DNA from: Lama glama
Taxonomy: Eukaryota
Length of the DNA stretch: 64,000 nucleotides
Assembly: GCA_028534125.1 (NCBI GenBank)
Contig: CM052817.1
Span: 103,914,001 to 103,978,000, forward strand
Direction of reading: 5' to 3'
In this document: positions 50,479 to 63,931 of the stretch, piece after piece
How the letters are laid out: each line of letters opens with the position of its first letter
Numbering within the stretch: the stretch's first letter is position 1
Translations under genes and position numbers: made by a program
Notes under the pieces: generated by a model
Seen by the model: the letters and a program-made list of their open reading frames with translations, nothing else
Told to the model about the DNA's origin: nothing
The model's database searches: none

Positions 50479-51425
50479 GTTTATTCACTGGTTAAGAAAA
50501 TAATTATCTTTGATCCCTTGCTGGAAAGTGGCTTCTCTGCGAGATGTGTTTCCAAACATGCCGATCGTAAGAGTCACGTATGGGACTTGGGAAATATTTC
50601 CAAATCCTGTTTTATTTACCCAAAGCATGGGGTCTCTGGAACTGTATGCCATTCACAAGCAAAGAAGGTGCAGTCTGACTTCTTCCTGCCTCTGAATCTT
50701 TTTACCGAAATGTAGGCAGGCTTTTGTCTTCACAGTCAGTTCCACGTTGTTTATTATTGTTATTGTCATCACTATTGTTTTGTTTCTAGTATTTGTCAGT
50801 GTGTCTACTCCACTGAATCCAAAGTTTAACCACAGCCCACTTAACTCTATTTGATGGCCCTGTTGCTCATTGCTCCTTATGAGAATGTTACAAGGATTAT
50901 GATGAAATCCCATATTGGGAAGGGGAGGAAAGAATAAAAATATAAAATCACAAATAAGAGTTTGCGCATTTTGTATAAAAGCTTTTGAACTTTGTATTTT
51001 CCCGATAGTCAATGCTTTAATTTTATTATATATTAGCTCTTTTCTAAACATATGAATTAAACCAACAAGGTGGCTAAATCCATACATGTTAACTCACAAA
51101 GCTGTAATTTTCTGCTCACTTTATTGGATAAATATTTATTTTTAACCTCAATGGTGTCAGGATATATAAAGAGCACTATTCCAAGTTAGCCTTCCTTAAA
51201 AATGAATGTGGTTTGGGTGCACAAATTATTCTTCTAGGAGAATCAAGGAAGAAATTTGTATATGTTTTCACAGAGATAAGGCAAAAATTTAAATTATGTT
51301 GGTTAACAGAAGGAGAGTGAGAATGCAAATTCAATTGTGTTTGAAATAAAAATGAGCTGTTATCTGTGAGACTCGATGACATGTGTCAAGAGACCCTGTC
51401 TCTGTGTGTGCCAGCTTTTCCTTTT

Positions 51426-51646
51426 TAAAATTCTTTTCCATTATGGTTTATTATAAGATATTGAATATAGTTCCCTGTGCTATACAGTAGGAACTTGTTT
51501 ATTTTATATATAGCAGTTTATATCTGCTAATCCCAAACTCTTAATTTATCCTTTCAAGACAGATATCGTATGATAGCACTCATATGAAGAATCTAAAATA
51601 TGATATAAATGAACTTATTTACAAAAGAGAAACACACTTACAGACA
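51426..51646 (-). mobile_element. Short L1 3' UTR insertion with 5' inversion and no terminal tail
   Basis: 51426-~51554 antisense and ~51555-51646 sense L1 sequence; TSD cagct(t/c)ttcctttt at 51412-51425 and 51647-51660, followed by AA. Confidence 0.9.
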
Positions 51647-52929
51647 CAGCTCTTCCTTTTAACTCTGTGGTTCTCCACAGGAAAACAGACAAAAATAATC
51701 ATTAAAGAACAAGTCCTGTCAGGTTATTAGTTTACTAACTTAGATAAAATGTTTTATGTTTGTTTTTTAAAAATTCCTTATGGAATTATTTTTTAATCAT
51801 GTAAACTAACTTGCAATAGGTAAGCCCTTAGGAATAACAAAATATGTGAAAAATAAAGTTTTATTTTAAGGCTAAAACTTAAGCAAATTACATACATCTT
51901 ATTTTTGTTCTCAATAAAATATCTTAACCTATATAGAACAAGTGAGATAATATATGTAAAATACTCGGGGTAAATGATTGACAAATATTAAGAACTGAGA
52001 TGTCAGATACTGTGGTGGTGGTGGTTTATTACTCACATGATGAACTTTCTAATGTAAGTTTCATAAAAACCATATAGCCAGGGCTTATGGCTAAAATTTT
52101 CCTTGATCTTTTGGGATGTTGAACACAAGTAGTAGACTGATGTGCTGAATACTGGGGGAAAAAACTTCTGTAGCCATTTTGTTGGAGTGATTTCAATTTA
52201 TGAAATATTTCCCTTGTTCTTCCTATCAGTTAAATTTAGGTTTTTATATTAGTATTTCATTGTTTTACTTGCATGTTTACTTCTCCCCAGGAGGGCTATT
52301 AGGGCTAAGATGAGACAGAAGTAGTCTGGTTTGCTACTTTCTATCAGAAATTCTGTTGAGAGAATGTTATCATTAAATTTTCACTTTATATAATCTGTGG
52401 CTTCTGTTTAGCCTCTTTTAAAAAAATATAGTGAAGATGATAAAATTATTAGGATATTCAATTAAAAAATAAAGTAAAATAGCTTGATTAAGTAAATAGT
52501 TCCATTTTTGGCTCTTTTTTGGTTATAAGGAAATAATAGTTCTAGTGACATGCCTTATAATTGTCTTTGTTCTGAAGCTCTCACAGTTCTTAAATTTTTT
52601 AATCATAGGTATGTTACTGTTCAGCAGGGTCAGGTAATTATTTTTTGTTATAAATAACATTTTATACTCCCCACTGCTGTAGTAAAACTAATTTTGTTAA
52701 ATGCTAAAGAGACTGCCATTTTATCTATTATGTGATCAGTTGATGAAAGAGAAACTAAATCAGCCACTGGAGATGCATATGTATTTTAGCTAAGGTCACT
52801 GAGAGAAGTTTCATTTTTGTTTTCTAAGTTAAAAACCCCGACATACTTGGATTACTTTATATCTGATTTTCCCATGTTGCATTTGGAAAAGATGTGCCAA
52901 TATATATAGATATGTTATTGAACTACTTT

Positions 52930-53466
52930 TGTTACTGAGTCCAAACTCATTCTGCTCGCCACATGACAGGTCAGTAAACTGGGAGATGAGGTGTTGGGGC
53001 AAGGAATAGTGACTTTATTTGGAAAGCCAGCAGACCGAGAAATTGGGGGACTAATGTTCTGGAGAATCATCTACCGCAAGTCACAATTCAGGCTCCTTTT
53101 ATACTAAAAAGGGGAGGGGGTGTGCTTGGTTGTTGCAAACTTCTTGGTGTAGGAATTCTTTGTTCTAGGAATCCTTTGTTCTTGCCCTGTCCACCTGGGT
53201 CAGATCATGGTGTCCCTGTAAACCTCCAACAAAACAAACGTTATTTTCTATTCTGCAACTTGTTATCTTTATATGAATGGAAAAGTGTTAACATTCTTAA
53301 AGGTCAGAGTCTTGAGAATAGGCTCCTCTGTGTATTTCAGACTCTAGGCAACATTCTTTTTACAAAAGGCACAGAACCAGCAATATTAAGTGTGAGAAAC
53401 AGAGCACAGGGTTAAAGTCAAAGGAGCAGATCTAATATTGAGTCAGATTTGTTGTTTTCCATTACA
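52930..53466 (-). mobile_element. Solo ERV1-type LTR
   Basis: TGT...ACA termini; on the minus strand TATAAA (about 53098-53103) precedes AATAAA (about 53014-53019); no internal ERV sequence; TSD not clean. Confidence 0.8.
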
Positions 53467-54519
53467 AATTGAGCCAGACCATCTATCTTTTATCTTTTTT
53501 TTTTTTTTCTTCTTTAGCTGAAGGACTGGAGTAAAGGGAAGTTGAGTGGCCTCCTACATGTCTTTCCATTTGGTCTACACTTCCATCTGCATCAGAATAC
53601 TCAAGTGAATGAATTTTCAAAAGCATTTCATCTTACCTCCCATCCCAGCTAAGAATGTGTTTTGTTTTTTTAAATTAAATCCACTAGGTGATTTTAAGAG
53701 CCATCTGTCCAAAACCTTATTATCTCCTTCCTCATTTCAGTATCTTTTATTTCCAATCCATTGCTAAGTCTCTCCAATGGAAATATTTCAAACATATCAC
53801 AAAGCAATTTTAATTGTTGAATCAACCTTTTAAAAATCAGTCATTCTCAGTAACCCCACTGACATTTAATAATTCTGTTTGAACCAGAAATAATCACCGA
53901 TTCCTCTGTTTATAACAAAATAGATCCTTGCTGAGCAAGGATCAAATGCAAAATCTTATTCATTTTTGGAAATCCCGTTTTCCTTGGTTGCTGTAATTAT
54001 CCCCTGACTCCATCACCCTCCATACACTCTCCTACCCCAGATTTTCTCCTATCTTCTCCTTCTTCTATTTTTCTTATCTTGATCTTTGTTAGTGTGTCTG
54101 GACTCTATTCTGCTTTTTGCTTATTGTATAAATCTCTACGGGTGGTCTAACTCCTACAGAGTCTTCTTTGAGTACATATGTACTGAGTCATTCCCAAGAC
54201 TTGCCTGAGCCACTGGCACTACTGAAAATGATGCTCTTGCTGCTCTGAGCACCCTCTCTTCTTGTCCTGTGCTCTGTCTCTTAGTGCGTAGCATCATCTT
54301 TCCTCCTTCCCCAGGCATCTTCCTTGAGGGCAAGGGTGGAAACAGATAGACTTTGTGAAGACCGTGAGCAATTTCCTCTAAAGTGGTGTATATATGATGT
54401 GAATGTGGCTGGGAAGGTATGTCTGATACTGAGGAGAGAGGAAAAGCATGACGTAATAAATGCAGAGTGGAGATGAAATGAACAAATAAAGGAACTACGT
54501 TTGGGGGACAGTATGGCTA

Positions 54520-54780
54520 ATTTTTTCCCCAACACAAGAATAGAAAGATCAATGGACTAGCATAGAAAGAGTAGCAATAAACCTAATTAAATAAACTACT
54601 GCAGTATAGCATCAAGGTGGCATTTCAAATTAGTAAAAAGAAATGAATTATTCAAGAAAAGGTGTTGGAACAACTAGCTAGCCATTTGGAGAAAAGAATA
54701 ACATTGGTTCTTTCCTTGTGACATAAACCAAAATACACTCCAGATGGATTATAGATTTATGTTCAAATATTGAAACCAAA
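54520..54780 (+). mobile_element. Old L1 ORF2 3' fragment
   Basis: aaggtggcatttcaaattag...ggtgttggaacaactagctagccatttgg...ctccagatggattatagatt. Confidence 0.75.
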
Positions 54781-55354
54781 TTTATTACACTTGTCAACTT
54801 AGTCCAGAAAAATAGAAGGCTGGAATTTTTTTTTAACAAATTGAGGTACATTTCAGAACCAAGTAAGAGATCCTTTAAAGTGTGTTTTCAGATTTCTGTT
54901 TTCCATTTGAAATTTATTAAAATTAATTTTTCTAATATTATCAGACTCATGATACTAAGTGATTAGATAGTGCAGAAGTCAGTGGGTAAAAATTTTCCTG
55001 GTTCTATTAGAACAAAACTGGTGACTACTAAGAGAATCATTGAGCAATTATACAATACTTCGGGGAATGAAAAGAGGACTGAATGGGATGTCTTCTAAAA
55101 GAGCATTTATGTCTCAAGACAATACAGAAAAAAATACATTGCTTGTAATCAGCCTGGATACTCAGAAGCAATCTGGATTCAGACAGCTCTCAATGGCTCT
55201 GTTATATTCGTGTACCTATTGTGGTGCATAATCTTCAGAAACATAAGCATCCTTTATTGTGTAGCAAAAATACAAAGTGACTAGATTAGTGAGATCAATT
55301 ACCTAAAATATGCAAGCAGAAGCCTGATTGTGTTGTGATTGTTTTTAATTTGTG

Positions 55355-55860
55355 CTGTTCATTCATGCCACAAATAAGTACTGAACAACTAACAACCACA
55401 TGGCTTTCTTCATAAGTGTCGGGTGTACAAGTCACAATACTTTCCATCAGAGTGGGTATGTTAAAAGTCAAGGATGATGCAGTGTAGTAAGTACTCTAGT
55501 AGGAATAAAAGATGGTGTGGGAGCACTAATCCAGTACTGGTGAGTAAAAGAAGGCTTCCCCGAGGAAGTGATGTCATGAATGATGATGACTCCAATTGTC
55601 AGCCAATAACGGAGGTAGGTGGAGTGAGTGGGAAAGGCATTTTCAGGCAAGAAAAAAAATTATATAAATCTGAGGCAAGAGCTAATATGGAGGACTTAGG
55701 AGAACTCAGAGTGGTTCAGTATGGTTGGACTATAATATGCAATGCTGAGAGGTGACCAGAGAGGAGGTTAAAGCATCTGGATCATAAAGTACCCATACTT
55801 GAAGCTAAACTTGGAACTTTATCAGCAGGGCACTGTGAAGTATCACTGTGTGGTCCCCTT
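55355..55860 (-). mobile_element. L2 fragment
   Basis: ttcattcatgccacaaataagtactgaacaact tail; aaggcttccccgaggaagtgatg; ggaaaggcattttcaggca. Confidence 0.7.
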
Positions 55861-56724
55861 CCATCAAGGGGTGAACAGTGTGTACCACTCCGCTGCACAT
55901 GACATTCACATCACAGTGGGCTACGGGGCAGTTGGTCCATCCATCTTCTTCTAAGAGATTATCTGAACTAATTGCAAAATGTGTCACACTTCTTCAAATT
56001 TTAGTGACACCCATATGTACAATAGATCTCTCTGGCTTTCAATTACTGTAAGATTATCATCCTGACATGAGTTCCAGATCCCTCATCCTCCCTCCACCTG
56101 TTCACTCTACCCTCTGGGCCTCCCACCTTCTAATTTATAAACTTTCTCCTAAATAACTCTCTTGCATGAACTCAGTTTCATTTACATGAAATTTGTTTCT
56201 TCTCCCTCACATCATCCATCTCATGGAAGGATCCTCCTTGCTCTCAGTTAAGGACCACTTTCAAATCATTTTGACTCTTTGGTCCCACAACCCCTGTCAC
56301 TGTCAGGGCTCAAACCATCTGACAGTATCACTTTGCTCACTCACATCCTCCCTAGCTCTCTAATTCACCCAGAGTTTTGACTCTTTGCTTAAATCTTTTT
56401 CAGCTTTTTCATCCTATATCCTGGCTTCCTAGGTCCTTGAAGTCCTCACTTTATCCACCTTGGTCGCCCATTGGCATCATGACCCCTGCACCCTTATCGT
56501 CACCAATTGTGGTACCATGTCCAGAATCTCTGTCTCAGTGATTTGCCCTCAGACCACTGCCTCCCCCCTCCCTTTACGTAGGAGCAGTATGTCCACCTTG
56601 CTATCTCCCAGTATATTTACCCACATGACCTCTCACCATCTGGCACCACTGTATCCCTTCACTGCCTTGTGGTTCTCACTTTCAACCCTCTTGTCCCTCT
56701 TTCCCTCAAAACACCCAACTGGTC

Positions 56725-56930
56725 TTTTGGTCAGAATGCTTTTTTGTTGCAAGTGTCAGAAACACAAGTTAACTCATTTGAACAAAAAGGGAAATGTTGT
56801 TTCTCACAATTTGGAAGTCTGAGAGTCCACAACAGCTGGATCCAGAGGTTCTAGAATGATCACCAGGCTCTGTCTCTCTGCTCTCTGTTCCTCTGTGAGA
56901 GTGCTATTCCTAGGAAGGGAGAATGACTCC
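56725..56930 (-). mobile_element. MaLR LTR fragment (MLT1-like)
   Basis: gtcagaatgcttttttgttgcaagtgtcagaaac...aaaaagggaaatgtt...cagctggatccagagg. Confidence 0.7.
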
Positions 56931-56984
56931 CCAATAACACTAGACCTAAATAATCCTTAAAATCCTTGGCCTTAGAAGAAATTT

Positions 56985-57895
56985 ACTTTTTATCTATTTT
57001 TATATAGTAGTTAATATTTGCAAATCTCAAACTCCCAAATTTATCCCTTCCCACCCCCTTTTCCCTGGTGACCATAAAATTGTTTGCTGTATCTGTGAGT
57101 CTGTTTCTGTTTTGTAGATGAGTTCATTAGTGTCGTCTTCTTCTCCTTCTCTTCCTTCTTTTATTTATTTTTAATTTATTTTTTGTTTTTTTATATATAA
57201 ACATTTTTTATTGAGTTATAGTCATTTTACGTTGTGTCAAATTCCAGTGTAGAGCACAATTTTTCAGTTATACATGAACATACATTCATTGTCACATTCT
57301 CTTTTGCTGTGAGCCACCACAAGATGCTGTATATATTTCCCTGTGCCATACAGTACAGTCTTGTTTATCTATTCTACATTTTGAAATCCCAGTCCCTTCC
57401 CACCCTCTCTCCTTCTTCTTTTAGATTCCACATATGAGTGATATCATCTGGTATTTCTTTTTCTCTTTCTGCCTTAACTTCACTTGGAATGATGATCTCC
57501 AGGTCAATCCATGTTGCTGCAAATGGCATTATTTTATTCTTTTTTCTGGCAAAGTAGTATTCCATTATATAAATATACCACAGCTTCTTTATCCAGTCAT
57601 CATCTGTCAGTGGACATTTAGGTTGTTTCTATGTCTTGGCTATTGTAATGCTGCTATGAACACTGGGGTGCATGTGTCTTTTCAAATTAGAGTTCCCCCT
57701 GGATATATGCCCAGGAGTGGGATCGCTGGATCATATGGTTAAGTTTATTTTTAGTCTTTTGAGGAATCTCCATACTGTTTTCCAGAATGGCTGCACCAAA
57801 CTACATTCCCACCAGCAGTGTAGGAGGGTTCCCTTTTCTCCACATCTTCTCCAGCATTTATCATTTGTGAACTTTTTAATGATGGCCTTTCTGAT
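56985..57895 (-). mobile_element. L1 3' portion with a nested younger L1 3' end
   Basis: ORF2 C-terminus IMPFAATWIDLEIII; host 3' UTR is interrupted between agttcattagtgtc and ttagattccacatatg. Confidence 0.9.
57163..57410 (-). mobile_element. Nested young camelid L1 3' end
   Basis: Same subfamily as 35185-35407; own T-rich tail; flanked by cttctttt repeats. Confidence 0.85.
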
Positions 57896-59649
57896 TAAAT
57901 TATTTTTAAATTTCTAGAATAATACATACTTAGTTAGATATTTGCTTCATGCTATACAAAGCTGGTTTTAATTTGATAATATTCTATTTAGGATTTTGAA
58001 TTTGTATTCAAAACTAAGATTGGTCTGTGGAATTGTGATTTTGTTTCTTTCATTGTACTTACTATAAAGGTAATTTTAATTACATACAGTGATTAGAGAG
58101 GTACTCTATAGTCTTCTGCATTCTGGAGTAGTTAAAAAATACAGGAGTTACTTCATTGATAGTTTGATAAGACAAAGCAACTCTTAGTGTCAAAGAACAT
58201 TTTTGGTGGCAATTTTTTGACAAAATTTTAAATTGCTTTTTGCATATTTTATCCATTTCAGTTTTCATTTTTTCCTAATTAAATTTGGTGTATTTACCCA
58301 AAACTGTTCAATTTATGCATGTATACTTTTATTATTATAGAATTTTAAATGTAATTTTTCTCATTTTGAAAAATGTTCATTTATATTTTTAACACCTTTT
58401 ATTTATTTATTTTTAGTAGTTTTGACAGAGATGCCATGTTTTATTGTTCTTTCAAAAGAACTCTTACTTTATTTATCAATTCTATTGTTTTTCTATTTCT
58501 TATAATGTATTTATTCACTTATCTTTTTAAAAATCTTTATATTCTGTTTTGTTTTCTTTCTATAATTTCTTCAATGATTATTTTTTTCCTGCTAAAATAT
58601 TTAAAATCTTGTGTAAATTTTTATCAGGGTAGAAATTTGACTGCATACCTTAATTTTTATATATTCTAACTTTTGGCTTCTTTTCCTAATCTAAGAGATT
58701 ATATAAATAACATTTTAAGTTGTATACAGGTTTTATACAGGTTTTAGTTAACCATGTAAAAACATATGTAAATTTTCAGGTTGACATAGAAAACTGACCG
58801 ATAGTGACAGAAACTGTGAGTGGATGTAACTAGTATACTACTAGCTGTGTATATATGCAAAAGTATATGCAAATTTTGATAAATCTGTGTATGGTTTATC
58901 TTGGATTTATTTTTACTCTTCCTAACTTATTGCTTAGTCTAGACCCTGAGAAGTGGGTGGGAACACAGCTATTAGATGATGTGAAAAAGAAATTACTCTA
59001 AGTGTGTGTGTAGAGTCAAGCAATTATTTTGTTTTCACTCTCCACCTCCCTCCACATTTCTTTAGTTTAAAGGATTGACTCCCCAAAGGAATTAATCCAT
59101 GTTGGGTTTTGTCATACATGTTAGGATTTCAGAAGCTCTGGCTAACAAAATAGGGATCCAGAATAAGTTTATCTGCTACTACTCAGATACGTTTTATTTC
59201 AAAAACATACACTGAAGCATTGCTGATAGATCCTTAGGAAAACATATTCATGTGTAACTTCCAATCACACTGAACAATCTTTGAAAGATTTTTCAAGGTC
59301 AACTTTAGCTAGTGTAAGTTAACGTTATACCATTTAATTCAGGAATTATTTTAGCATTTGATTAATTGCATATACCTGGTACATAATATAATTTTGTGAT
59401 TGATAAATCAAATTGTAACTTTATTAGGTTAATTTAGTGGCTTAGGAGAAAGCTTTAAAAATCTTTTCTCCTAATTTGTTGCTTAGTTTTCTGTTTTGCA
59501 TTTTAAAAAATTCTCTTACTCATTAATTTGAAGCCTTCCTTGTAATAACGATTCCCCTTAATTGGAAAGTAACGTGAAAGCATTACAATAATTTGGCCAG
59601 TTTTCTGTATATGAGTCCTGCTGTCCTAATTTGAAGATACATCAATTCC

Positions 59650-61750
59650 TTTTTCCTGTATTCATTCCATCACTCCTTATTGAGTACACCTAAGTGTATT
59701 CAAGTGCAATTCTAAGTTCTAAGTCCTGCACTTAACATTGGACAAATCAGTGGTGAGCAAAAGTGGAGTCCCTGCTTTCAGGAGACTTACAGTCCAATGT
59801 AGGAAGTATAAATTGCCACAACGTGAAAGTGCAGTTGAGGTGCACACAGTGTGCAGTACATGCTGATACGTGCACACACGACAGATGAGTGGGATGCCAG
59901 GGCGTTGCAAAGAGAATGGATCTTCTGCTGAGATGGAAAGTTGAGTGGGGATTCACTAGGCAAAGTGGAGAGAAGATCGTTTTTCTTTTGTTCTTCCCTT
60001 CTTACTTTTTTAATGTGGCTAGGAGATTTAAAATAATATATTTGGCTTGTATTATATTTCTATTGGATTGTGCAGTATTATTTATTTTTATTTTTAATTG
60101 AAGTATAGTTGATTTACAGTGTTGTGTTAATCTCAGGTGTACAGCATACTGATTCAGTTATACATATATTTTTTTTTTCAGATTCTTTATCATTGTAGGT
60201 TTTACAAGATATTGAATATAGTTCCTTGTGTTAAATAGTAGGACCTTGTTGTTTATCTATTTGAGATACAGTACTTAGTATCTGCAAATCCCGAACTCTT
60301 AATTTATCCCTCCTCCCATTTACCCCTCTGGTAACCATTAGTTTGTTCTCTATGTGAGTCTCTTTCTGTTTTGTAAATAAGTTCATTTGTGCCATTTTTT
60401 CAATTCTATGTATAAGTGATATCATATGATATTTGTCTTTCTCTGCTTGACTTATTTCACTTAGAATGATCATCTCTAGGTCCATCCTTGTTGCTACAAA
60501 TGGCATTATTTCATTCTTTTTTATGCCCGAGTAGTGTTCCATTGCATATATACCATATCTTTATCTAGTCATCTGTTGATGGACATTTAGGCTGTTTCCA
60601 TGTTTTGGCTATTGTAAATAGTGCTGCTGTGATCACTGGGGTGCATGTATCTTTTCAAATTAGTGTTTTCTCCAGATACCTGCCCAGGAGTGGGATTGCT
60701 GGATCATTCAATAACTCTATTTTTAGTTTTTTAAGGAGAGAAGATCCTTCTTGGCAGGGAGAGGAGCTTCTGCAGGGCCCTGCAGCGGGAGGAAACAAGG
60801 TCTATATAAAGAACTGAGGAAAGATCTAATGTGGCCTGGATACTGAAAGCCAGTAGAAAGGGCATTAAAAAGAGTCCTGAAAGAGAGAAGCCTCCTGCGT
60901 TCTACAGGGCATTATATTAAGTGGAAGATTTGTTCTGTACTGTCAGTGCAATGTGAGGCCAAAGAAGTGCTTTACAGGGGTGATATGATGGGATTTAAAT
61001 TGATCTCTTCACTTAACTAGTATTCATGGAGTAGCTACTGTTTGTCAGACTTTACTCTAAGCACAGGGGATACAGCAGGGGCTAAAACAGACAAAAAGGC
61101 AATTGTCCTCATACATCTTATAATGCAATGCAGTGTTTAGTAGGACAGAGAAATCCTCACAGAGGAAGTGACAGTTAAGCAAGAATCTGAAGAGAATGAG
61201 ATTCAGATAAGGGAATGAATGATACAGCAACTCTGGGAATACACGTTGGCCAGACGGAGGCTTTGCAGCTGTCCTGACCCTGGACTCTGCAGCTCAGATG
61301 GGCTCTGTCCCTCCTGCCTATTTGTTCTCTCTCTCCAAATAAATGTGCGTTTTTAGTGTGTACATCCATGCACGCACATATATGTGTGTGTGTGCACATG
61401 TCATGTACACTAATTTAAGCAATGGACGTGAAGAGAATAGGCTACAGAGATAATACAGAGTGAGGAGGGAGACAGATCACCACAGGACTTTTATGACTGG
61501 ATGGAGAAAGCTGGAGTGGCTCTGAAGATGGGAGTAGAAAGCCACCAGTGTGTTGTGTGAAGTCAGGGAAGAAGGAAGGTGGTGGTTGCATCATTCAATG
61601 CTGCTGACAGGGAAGGATAAGAACCTCAGCGTATTTTGGGTTTAGTGACTTCAGGGTTACTAAATCCTGTTTGGATGGAGTAATGGAAGCCAAGTCCATT
61701 AGAATCAAACAAACAAGAAATGGAAAGTGTGAAAATAGCTACAGTTTGGA
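59650..61750 (-). mobile_element. L2 fragments (at least two), interrupted by an L1 insertion
   Basis: attcattccatcactccttattgagtacacct tail; ggagacttacagtccaatg; second tail near 61020-61100. Confidence 0.7.
59985..60734 (-). mobile_element. 5'-truncated L1 plus a 3'-transduced segment of about 95 bp containing a MER33 end
   Basis: L1 from ~60078 to 60734; MER33-like ~60001-60075; 18-bp TSD ggagagaagatc(g/c)tt(t/c)tt at 59967-59984 and 60735-60752. Confidence 0.85.
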
Positions 61751-63931
61751 AATTTTTCAAAAATAAGTAAAGAAGAAGAAAATAACATAGTATCTGAAAA
61801 ACACTATTGAAGAAGTTTTTGTTTGTTTTTAATGGGAAAGAGTGTATTACATTTATTATGTAAGTTGATGAGATTCAATTAAGTTGGAGATGTTGAATAT
61901 ACAAATGAAAGAAGGAAACATTCATAATAGTGTAATGGGTAACTCGAACTTAGCAAATATTGTAGGCTTTTGTGGAAGCAGGAGTCTAAAGGCAATGTCT
62001 CTCCAGTAATCATCACAAAATCATCACAGTAATCAATTCATTTATTCTTATCACTTAAATGTATGTTTCCAGTATCAACTAATCTCTATTTAACTAATGA
62101 TGTTACTTTTTAAGGAAAAGGGGAAAATGCCTTTATCTTTCTCTTGGTTGAGTATTTGACTTCAATGATTTACTGCCTCAGTCTTGCTTCACCAAAGATA
62201 AATGAAATCTCCATATTACATGCTTTTACAATGCATGACAGTGTATACAGAGCTAAATTGTAGCCACCAATATTAAGTCCTTGAGTGGATCTTAATAAAC
62301 CATTAATCTCTTTCTCACTTCTGTGTTATTTATCAACTTTATATCAAGGGACAAGGAAAAATTATCCAAACATTGTTTAGTACAATCATCATTAATAGTT
62401 AACACTTATCCAGAGGGGCTTTTAACCTTTTTCTCTCCCAAGGGCTATTCTAATATCAGAGTAGAATAAAAAACATCTGTAGTGACCCTTACCTCTTCCA
62501 GACTCTAGATTTATCCCATCAATTAGCTCTCTCTCTACCACTGAGGAGGCGAACAGCTGGTTGTGGGAGTCTGCAGCCACAGTAGAAGAGCAGCAGGAAA
62601 GGAACACCACTTCCAGAACATTCCTTCCAAATTCCTATTTTATCATTTAAAATATTTGACATGATTAGTGACCTGCCTTTCATTACTTTCCATGTCTTCT
62701 CTTGGAACTCTTTGTTGACATGCAGTTACAGTATTTCCATTAAGGACCAATAAGTCTCATCTTTTATCATATTTTTACAACTTTCAGAATAGTATCTGCT
62801 TTTAAAAATGGATTCTGAAGCATATGCTGCGTGTCATGTGGAGCGTTAACAAATCCTGGCCCAATGGTGACATTTCAAACCTAATCAGCACCACCATTCT
62901 TTACTTGCACAAATAACCATGAATGAAAGGGGATTTGAGAATGGTCTTCTCACATCTAATACAAGTTTCAAATTGATTTACCTTTTAATCATCTTTTTTC
63001 CCCTGGCTGATTCCTTATTAAGAGAAATAAACTATCCAGGATTCACTGAAGAATCAAATAGCCCCTTGTTAATCATTCAGGGAAATGTTGCAGGCTTAGG
63101 CAATTTTCGATGTAGATATTGAACCTACTACTTGCTCTAAGCAAACTTTGAAATACAGATAAGACCCTGTGAGTCAGCATCACGAGCTGAAAGGATGGTT
63201 AAACTGCCAAATCAAGAATGATGATTTTTTTACCCACTTGCTAACCAATGAGGAAAAGCTCCGGATAGAGTGGAACCTGAGTAAATAAGACTTATTTGTT
63301 TCAGCAGAAAATAATTCACCATCTAGTTAGTTTTAGACTAGATAAATCTAGTTTTGTGGTTTATTGCCTAAGTCATTTTCTTCTTCACTACAAAGCCTCA
63401 TGTTAAAAGAACTGACTTTGGAGGGTTGGTGGCCTTTGGTAAATTGCCTGTAATTCTGGCAGTTTGAGCTGAGTATTGATTTCTCTATTCCTCTTTTAAG
63501 AACATTTTGTTTATTAGTTTTTTCAAAAAAAAAAAACCTTTGGACTAGATCTAATTTGCCTGTTTTCTTCTTTCTTATCATGGTGTTAGGGATTTGGCTC
63601 GCTTCTGTGAATAAGTTGGAACACCTTCAGAAATTGTGTGATTGAAAATACCACCAATGGAGTTTCATTAAATTTCAGTTTCTGTGACTAGTGAAACATA
63701 TACATCTGTCTCACTGAGATTATTCTACTGTAGTTAAGTTATAGTAACAGCTCTGTTTATGATCAATAACTGGAATATTTGCTAAGGTTTTGTACATGTT
63801 GGAAGTTAATTTTCTTTCTTAGGAGGCCATATTCTCTCTTTCAACTAAACAAATGAATTGTATGTCTCAGCATAGATGGTTTACCATTTTCTAGTTGTCC
63901 TGTAATAGGAATTCTAGAAAAGCAGTAACTT

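Noticed and set aside
52076..52094. tagcca/tggcta hairpin
   Set aside because: A 6-bp stem is expected by chance.
55011..55098. Possible terminal exon TKLVTTKRIIEQLYNTSGNEKRTEWDVF*
   Set aside because: Only a plausible acceptor; the peptide is unrecognised and has no other support.
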